DNA from: Chlorokybus atmophyticus | Lineage: Eukaryota; Plantae; Mesostigma and Chlorokybus algae | Assembly: GCA_009103225.1 (NCBI GenBank) | Contig: RHPI01002849.1 | Span: 1 to 17,483, forward strand | Length of the DNA stretch: 17,483 nucleotides | Direction of reading: 5' to 3' | Shown here: piece by piece, positions 10,934-17,483 of the stretch | How positions within the stretch are numbered: position 1 is the first letter of the stretch | How the letters are laid out: every line of letters begins with the position of its first letter | Translations under genes and position numbers: made by a program | The notes under the pieces: model-generated | What the model was told of the DNA's origin: nothing | What the model saw: only the letters and a program-made list of their open reading frames with translations | The model's database searches: none

Positions 10934-11357
10934 GACACCAGCCAGGCCCTGGCTGGTCGCGTCCAACACCGCCGCCGCCGCCGCCGCCGCAGCGGCAGAG
11001 GCCGGGCATATGATGACTTGATCTCCACACTCAAATCAACTGCGTATAAGCATACAAACCCCATTTCAGTCGCGAACGGGTCAACATGTAGCCATGATGT
11101 AGGTACCCATCACGTACAACACGTGTCACAGATGGTTATGTACCGTACATGGCTTACATTGTTGTCCGCGGCTGTTACATGTACATGTACACAGCCGCGT
11201 CACCACACTAATACTATTTATTATTATTGCTTACAATATGCTTACACCAAAGTGTGCAACGCGTTGCCGACGGCTTGCCGTTGATGCGCTCCGATGTTTG
11301 GCTGCAGTGGTTGTCCATGTTGGGGTGCACGTAGCTGGTGGTGCTGGTGGCGGCAGC
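10934..11357. promoter_or_regulatory. Short head-to-head intergenic region (putative bidirectional promoter) between PEX1 and the LysM-channel gene
   Basis: The two inferred ATGs (10933 minus, 11358 plus) are separated by 424 nt. GC-rich flanks surround an AT-richer core (TATTTATTATTATT near 11215-11228). Transcription start sites are not determinable. Confidence 0.55.
10969..10990. repeat. (CCG)7 trinucleotide microsatellite upstream of the PEX1 ATG
   Basis: CCGCCGCCGCCGCCGCCGCCGC read directly. Confidence 0.9.
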
Positions 11358-12535
11358 ATGGCTTGCTGCCATGCGGCGCTGCTGCTGACACCTTCAGCGG
11401 GGGTATGTGCGGCAGCAAGGAGGCGGCATGGGTACATGCTGCAGCCTCCCACTTGGCCTGGATGTGGGGGGCTGCAGTTGAGCGGGGTGGGCTGGGCAAG
11501 GAGCTTTTCCTCTGCTGCAAGGTTTTCTCACCACTGCAACCGCATTGGCAGGCGCTTCCGGCCTAGTCAGCGCCAGGCCAGGTGCCAAAGCGATGCCACT
11601 GCTGGTGGCCTGGGTGACACAGGTGCGTCTTTTGGGCAAATTCTCGCTGCATTGTCATCAAGTGAGCACTGCTTTGACATGCGCATAGCACGCAAAACAT
11701 AACTGAGCATGCATGTGCTGGCCAAGCACATGCATGCTCAGTTCTGCACAACTGTCATACCAGTACTTACTGTGCAAATCGCTTTGCTCAGTAGATACTC
11801 GCAAGCTCGTCGAGGGCATGATACTAACAGAATGCACGTGTCAATGTGCGTCACCGTGGCAATTGTACACTAAGACATTGCATAAGTCAAAGAGACCATT
11901 CTGGTGACATCACTACCACAGACATTTGCACTGCCAGCGTTGACAGGCAACAACCAGTTTGTTGCCGGCTTCTTGCTCATTGGGTATGCTACCTGTCTGC
12001 TCACATTGTTGGTCGGTGAGGCATCTTCGCACTTGCACACCGCAAGTTGCACTCATAGCAAACCCCCCACCATTTTGTGCAGCACAGCCCACTCCAATGA
12101 GCAGATCTGAAACTACTTGGTGGTGCGTAGGGCCATTGGAAGAACGGACCACGATGCCAGACTTGTTGGAAACCCCAGACGGCGGAAGGCCTACTTGGGT
12201 TCGCACAATGGTTCTGCTGGGGGGTGCCGCTGCGTTTGCAGCCTTTGCGTTCTTCGGAGCACGAGCCTCACATCGGTCCGATGTGCAAGTGAGGTTTTTG
12301 TCTAGCGTGATGTGTGGAGTATTGTTGCGTGACTTGTATGACTTGTTTGCGCGGTATGCTGCAGAATTGCCCTACACCAGTTGCGACACAGCGGTATTAT
12401 GAGTACGTAGTGAAGGATGGAGATACAATGGGGTCCATTGCCGACACGTTCCATGTGCCCTTGGAAAAGTTAGCAGCCGTCAACAAGGGCGCTTATGACA
12501 TGATCTATACAGGCCAGAAGCTCACCATACCACAG
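11358..12535 (+). CDS. N-terminal module: transit-peptide-like leader, TM helix, LysM domain
   Basis: Exons 11358-11622 (ATG in a GC-rich island, donor G|GTGCGT), about 12083-12288 (acceptor ambiguous, 12131 also fits) and 12365-12535. TM helix: MVLLGGAAAFAAFAFFGA. LysM: YVVKDGDTMGSIADTFHVPLEKLAAVNKGAYDMIYTGQKLTIP, matching the Y.V..GDT...IA......L...N.....I..GQ.L.IP consensus. Unspliced read-through would end at TAA 12551-12553 (VLELW*). Confidence 0.85.
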
Positions 12536-15500
12536 GTACTTGAACTTTGGTAATGCGCATTGTCAAGCTCAAGTGCATCTTTAAACTTGCTTGACCGTGC
12601 AACCATTCAGTAAGTTAAACACGCACGGACTTGTGCTGCAAGTTGTAGTCTCACATCTAAATGCAGACAAGCTTCAACAGCATTGGCATCTCTCAAGTGC
12701 ATGGCATTGTCGGCGTCCCATGGTTGACTCTAGATTAACATATGCATTGTACAATACAGCGCGTAGCAGTTGCATTCTAAGCATTAGGTCGTTATCCTGG
12801 CTTGTTCCTCCAGGAACAAGCCAGCAATGGTTACCACCACGAATCGGGCACATTAAGCACAAACGCACTGCAAACCTTGAAAGACCTGCAGAAGGACCCA
12901 GACCTGTCATTTTTCAGCCGGGCATTCCGACTGGCATCCCAGCCTCGCAAGCACTCCGTGAGTTCCATGTAGTGCATGAGTCTGCAAAGTACAGTTCGTA
13001 TCCTTGCTTACAAAAAAATGTCTATTAGGCGTTCGAGATTGCAGAGTACCGGCTCAAGCTGGCTTTCGAGCACAGCCCTGCCTCTAAGCTCATGTTCCTG
13101 TTCGTGGTTGTCAGCATCCTTTGGGCCATTGGCACAGTGGTATACTATCGCGTGCATCCCGAACATAAATGGACATTGTCCTTGTACAAAAGCTGGAGCT
13201 ACATCTCGGGAGCCACGGGCTCCAGTCTTGATGATGAGGTTGGTGATAAGCTAGCCTGACCTGACTAACACAATATTCATACGCATTGATACACATGTAT
13301 ATGCGTATCCTGTGTTTGGTCAAGGGTTCTCCGGAGAAGCCACTTTTATGCTGCGAATGCGAGCTGATATGACTTGCAGCAGTGACACAATTTGTGCCTG
13401 GCAGGAAGGGCCCACCCAATTCGTCGCCAGCATACTGTTCTTAACAGGTGGGATCATCTTAACAGGTGTCATCTTAACAGGCGGGATCACCTTAACAGGT
13501 GGGATCATCTTAACAGGTGTCATCTTTTTTGCACTGCTGCAGGGTTTAACCACTGAGACATTGTCATCTCAGGTGAGTTGTGAGCCTCCGCTGTGGTCAC
13601 AGTTCCGCGCAATTTCCATGTGGGGTGCTTACAGCGTATGTCATGCAGATGGACATGTTGCGCAGTGGCCACAGTTCCGTCGTTGAAAGCAACCACACAG
13701 TGGTGAGCGCTAGAGTAGCACAACGATGGCCAGCCATGTAGCTCAGCTTTGGCGTTGGGCAGGCACAATATTGCGCACCACTTGCGCATTCCAAAGCTGG
13801 CTTCCCGGCAGGTGTTGGGTTGGAATGAGACCACTGTGCCCCTCATTCGTGAGCTGTGCGTAGCCAGCAAAGGCAGCGCCTCTGCCAAGAAGTCGGTAAG
13901 CTGCATTGTTTACGGCAAGCTGCCATTGATTGGTCCTTGCATACAACTTGCGATTGACATGCTGTACATATGTGTCCTGTACGCGCTGTCGGACAACATC
14001 GTTTGCACAGATCGTTGTCTTGGCCGACCGCAATATAGATGATATGAAGCGAGAGGTGGCTACCATGGTCCCTCCAGAAGACATACGTGCGGCCAGGATA
14101 GTGTATCGAGAGGGTGACCCGGCATCCCTCAATGCACAGCTGTGGGTGGCAGCCGACACCGCACGTGCAATCGTGGTCTTAGCTGAACCTGGTGACCCGG
14201 AACTTGTAGATACAAAGGTACAGGACCTGAATACAGGCAGGCTTGTCGTACTGATTGACAGCAGTAGCTCTCAATATGTGTTGTCTGCAGGCGCTGCGTG
14301 TCGTGTTGGCAACGAAGGGGACGGTTCAGCATGCATTGCATGGGCAGAAGATTTTGGGTGCGCCAAAAACTCATAAGGATCGGCAGATGCTGCTGCATGC
14401 CCCACACAAAGGAAGCCATGAGCCCGCCATCGCACCGGATGTAAGGTTACCTCTGGTTGTACAGACCAAAACCGCAAAGGGACGCCGACTTGTGCAACTT
14501 GCAGCAGGCAATCAGGCAAGTGATCCGCGTCATGTAGCATGGTTGTAGCGACTGTGCCTTGTTTATAAATCATCAGTGTAGACCTTGCACGAGCACACTA
14601 CCGTGGCTGTGATTGCATGGCAGTCAGTGCATGCTTGTTGGTCATCGGTATGCGCGCTCATCTTGATGCTGCAGCAGTCTGCTGTGTGCGTTTGAGTTCA
14701 CAACCTTGAGCTTACTGTCCGTACGGCTGCAGGTTACCATGGTTGACACCGACAGCCTGATTGGCCACAACTTGGTACTGTGTGCAACGCAACGACCAGG
14801 CCTGGCACAAGTACTGCGCAAGCTTCTTGGCTTTTCGCACGAAGAGTTTTACATCAGGTCAGCCCGACCTGATATAAAGCTCTAGAGCAATAAGCCATTG
14901 GCCATTCGTCACATGCAACGTCGGGCTCACAGGTCTTGCACATGCAGTGCATGGCCACAACTTGCAGGTCGAACATTCACAGACGCCATGGGTTCATTTC
15001 CCAATGCTTCGCCTGTAGGCATCATGGATTTCCGTTCACAACGGGTATGCTTGTTGATGTGCAGAGCAGACCCCTCACTGTTTTTCTGTCGCTTGACACT
15101 GAAAGCTGCTATGGCACATGACGTCGCTTCGGATGCAGATTGTGGTGCCAAAGGCTGACTACATTATGAAGGCAACTGATCAACTGGTGGCGGTTGCCCG
15201 CACGCAGGTACACACGCATTTCGTTAGACATGAAGTCCTTGCCAGATGAGGCATTAACGGCACTGATTATTGCAACAATATGGCAGGAAGACTACTTCCC
15301 TGCAGCACGACCATTTCGTCCAATCGTCACGTCTCTACCTGCCAGACAAGTAACTGCCCTTGCAGTGCCCAAGCAGTTTCTTATTTGCAACTGGCACAGT
15401 GCCATGGTGAGTAATGAGTGCTGACTTGACCTTGCAATGCATATGCACTGTCGTGGTGATGTCCAACATGTTGAAACAGGGCGTTTGATGGTTTCAATGG

Positions 15501-16802
15501 TCGCAGGCAGAGATGGTCACCGATCTCAATGAATGGGCAGCAATTGGCAGCGAGGTTGTTATATTTGCCAATAACGCTGACCAGAATGCACAGAGTGAAC
15601 TGCAAAGACTTGCCAGCAAAGGGACATTTCCACACATCAAGCTGGTACTTGTTGCGGCATATACTTCTTCTTCGACCATAAGCACATGGCTACTACTGAA
15701 CCAAAGTTATTGCAACTGGCCCATGCTTGCAGTCGTTTGTGACGGGCTCGACAACCAGTTTTGAGGACATTGCCAGCATCAAGCCCGCGCGTTTTGATTC
15801 CATCATCATAGCATCCCCGCGCTTGAGGGAAGGCGACATTGTTGATATTGACGGCAGGTGAAGCTACTTATCACTGAAGAGCCGCAGCAGCTACTGCCAC
15901 TGTGTGAAACAACATTTTGCTTGGTGTGTGTGTGCTTGTTGTGTGTGCAAAATTATGTTCTACAACACCAGTGGCTTACTGCAAGCCGACTGGTTAACAC
16001 TGTTGCGCCGCAGTGACTCGAGTGTCCTTGCCACAATATTGTTGATCGAAGACAATGTCAAACACTGCACGCAGCATCCGCAAATCACGGTTGAGGTCAA
16101 CGATCCACTAACGGTTAACCTTGTCAAGGTATTCTTGGTTGGTTGCGCATAGTGTCCCAACTGCCAACTGGTCACTCATACAAAGGCTATTTTGCTACAG
16201 ACAGCATCAGCGGAGACTCAGTGCGTGGTTTCAACGCAAATGGCAGCAAATTACATTGCTCAAGCATGTGTAGATAAGCAAGTCATAGTGCTGTGGCGGG
16301 ATCTACTCGATGCGGATGGAAAAGAAATCTATCTGAAGCCGATTAACAGGTGCCAATTCGTTGGTGTGAGTTGCATTGTGAGTGCCTCCCTAAATTATCG
16401 TAAACCTTGGGATTGCATTACATTTACAAGGTATGTCAACCCGGGAGAGCATATCTCATTTTGGGAGCTGCAACAAAGAGCTCTGATGCGCGGTGAAGCT
16501 GCATTGGGTTACCGCGTTACGTCCAAGGACGCTGTTGTGCTCAACCCACAGAATAAGGTAAGCACTAGTACAGAAGTATTGATGAATGGTACTTTTACAA
16601 GGCTGTACATGGCATGCCAAGCTGCCAATGTCTAACGATATGAAGTGTGGAAGCTATCTGACTGTGAAACAATTGTGAGCACACTTTCTCAATGTATATC
16701 TCCTCTCTGTCATAAAAGCCTCCAATATCTGTGCAGGAGCAATTGCTGGAGTTCGGTGCGGATGATGCAGCCGTGGTTATAGCAGAGGATGACCTCATGT
16801 AG
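11358..16802 (+). CDS. Joined model: single LysM-CASTOR/POLLUX fusion gene, ~930 aa
   Basis: A phase-0 donor CAG|GTACTT (12536) falls right after the last LysM residue and matches the phase-0 acceptor TTCCTCCAG|GAA (12813). The channel module has no start codon of its own. Only about 260 nt separate the modules, and that gap lacks the GC-rich island seen at the other three gene starts. This model overlaps the two module features above. Confidence 0.68.
12814..16802 (+). CDS. CASTOR/POLLUX/DMI1-family cation channel module (M1-pore-M2 plus two RCK domains)
   Basis: Exons: 12814-12957, 13029-13238, 13405-13572 (or 13405-13447 + 13517-13572), 13649-13702, 13812-13895, 14011-14217, 14291-14515, 14733-14857, 14948-15044, 15139-15207, 15287-15406, 15507-15644, 15733-15857, 16014-16128, 16201-16349, 16431-16557, 16737-16802 (TAG). 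Family motifs appear in order: YRLKLAFEHSPASKL, LRSGHSSVVESNHTVVLGW, IVYREGDP, ARAIVVLA, ALRVVL, RPGLAQVLRKLLGF..EFY, WPQLAGRTF...FPNA, FDSIII, DSSVLATILLI, LDADGKEIYLKP, ALGYR, VLNPQNK, VVIAED. No in-frame ATG lies between the upstream stop (12778-12780) and the first TM helix, so an upstream exon is needed. Confidence 0.92.
13440..13524 (+). repeat. Tandem array of five 15/18-nt units, C-TTAACAGG(T/C)(GGG)ATCA(T/C) / C-TTAACAGGTGTCAT, inside the M2 helix exon; candidate 69-nt intron 13448-13516
   Basis: Read directly: TTAACAGGTGGGATCATC / TTAACAGGTGTCATC / TTAACAGGCGGGATCACC / TTAACAGGTGGGATCATC / TTAACAGGTGTCATC, with units starting at 13441, 13459, 13474, 13492 and 13510. Confidence 0.95.
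14516..14732 (+). other. Non-canonical GC-AG intron in the channel gene
   Basis: Donor CAG|GCAAGT and acceptor GGCTGCAG|GTT. This join preserves LPLVVQTKTAKGRRLVQLAAGNQ|VTMVD, which is colinear with the family's HVVVE...LV.LVGG..IETV segment. I found no GT donor that gives this phase while keeping that segment. Confidence 0.75.
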
Positions 16803-17112
16803 TCGCTGGAGTGGTGCGTATAGTATGGTACATATATTGAGGTTACATGTAGGTTCAGCGGTGAACTAGACCTGATTGTTAGCAGGTGTGGCGCGGATGA
16901 TTACAAGGATCGATATCAGGCTTATCTAAGCGCTGCATGCACTGTAAATGAGGCCTTTCGGCATTGTGGTGCGGTGGAGCCTTGCGTGGAAGAGACCTAT
17001 TTCCAGCAGCTTGTATCACCTCTCGCTTAATCACCGCGGTTGAGGGTGCGCTCTCGCGGTTGCCGCTGACCTTGTTTGTTTATGTAACTGTAACTAGCAC
17101 TATCTGCACGTA

Positions 17113-17268
17113 TCAGTTTGTGCGCTTTGTGGCGTTGCTGTTATCGTCAGGGGGCTGGGCAAGCTCGTATTGTCTTGTTCTAGCAACTCCTTTGGTCAAA
17201 GTCAAAATCAAGAATAACGCTACCACTACTGCTAATGTTACTGTCCACTCTGGCTGCTCAGCATGTGA
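17113..17268 (-). CDS. Putative last coding exon of a convergent gene entering from the right edge (C-terminal TM helix)
   Basis: After ACACACAG| the frame reads SHAEQPEWTVTLAVVVALFLILTLTKGVARTRQYELAQPPDDNSNATKRTN*, with an in-frame stop just upstream of the acceptor. Upstream exons cannot be established. Confidence 0.4.
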   Translation of the reverse strand, partial: SHAEQPEWTVTLAVVVALFLILTLTKGVARTRQYELAQPPDDNSNATKRTN

Positions 17269-17483
17269 CTGTGTGTTTTATCACAGCGTGCAACCCAGTT
17301 GATTACTCTCACACATAGCTGTCTGCGTATCAGCTTGATATGCACACAGTCAAACAGGGTGTACAGGATATGCTGGCAGTAGTTGGAGACATGCATGCCC
17401 TCACTCACAGCATGCCAAACAGCAACATGCAAGCACATTACAACACAACCACCGGGCTATACACACTGTTTGTTCCTCACTAC

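Noticed and set aside
11904-12110. Extra exon (GNNQFVAGFLLIG) in the LysM gene's first intron
   Set aside because: Splice sites are plausible, but it is not needed to keep the frame and has no homology support; left unresolved without cDNA.
13440-13524. CRISPR array or pentapeptide-repeat protein
   Set aside because: Units are contiguous 15-18-mers with no spacers, there are no cas genes, and the array sits inside a eukaryotic exon.
1-17483. Treating the many 60-200 aa six-frame ORFs as separate prokaryote-style genes or an operon
   Set aside because: The recognisable ones are exons bounded by splice sites that join into three genes. The rest are antisense or intron read-through with Cys/His/Ala-rich noise composition.

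Overview
Eukaryotic, intron-rich genomic DNA, most likely from a green-lineage alga (chlorophyte or early streptophyte; inferred from plant-type PEX1 and CASTOR/POLLUX motifs and many short GT-AG introns). The six-frame ORF list is mostly exon fragments and noise. Hand-splicing gives three multi-exon genes. (1) Minus strand 1396-4627: a ~612-aa protein with an MJ1316/DUF504-like domain, an F-box and WD40 repeats. (2) Minus strand 6365-10933: PEX1, 13 exons, ~1069 aa. (3) Plus strand, divergent from PEX1: a transit-peptide-like N-terminus, a TM helix and a LysM domain (11358-12535) that appears to splice in frame onto a complete CASTOR/POLLUX/DMI1-type cation channel (12814-16802), ~930 aa in total. 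The main candidates for novelty are the LysM-channel fusion, the MJ1316-F-box-WD40 fusion, and a 69-nt tandem duplication in the channel's inner helix that looks like a newly born intron. All gene models were derived by eye from splice signals, frame and recalled motifs; no database search was run.
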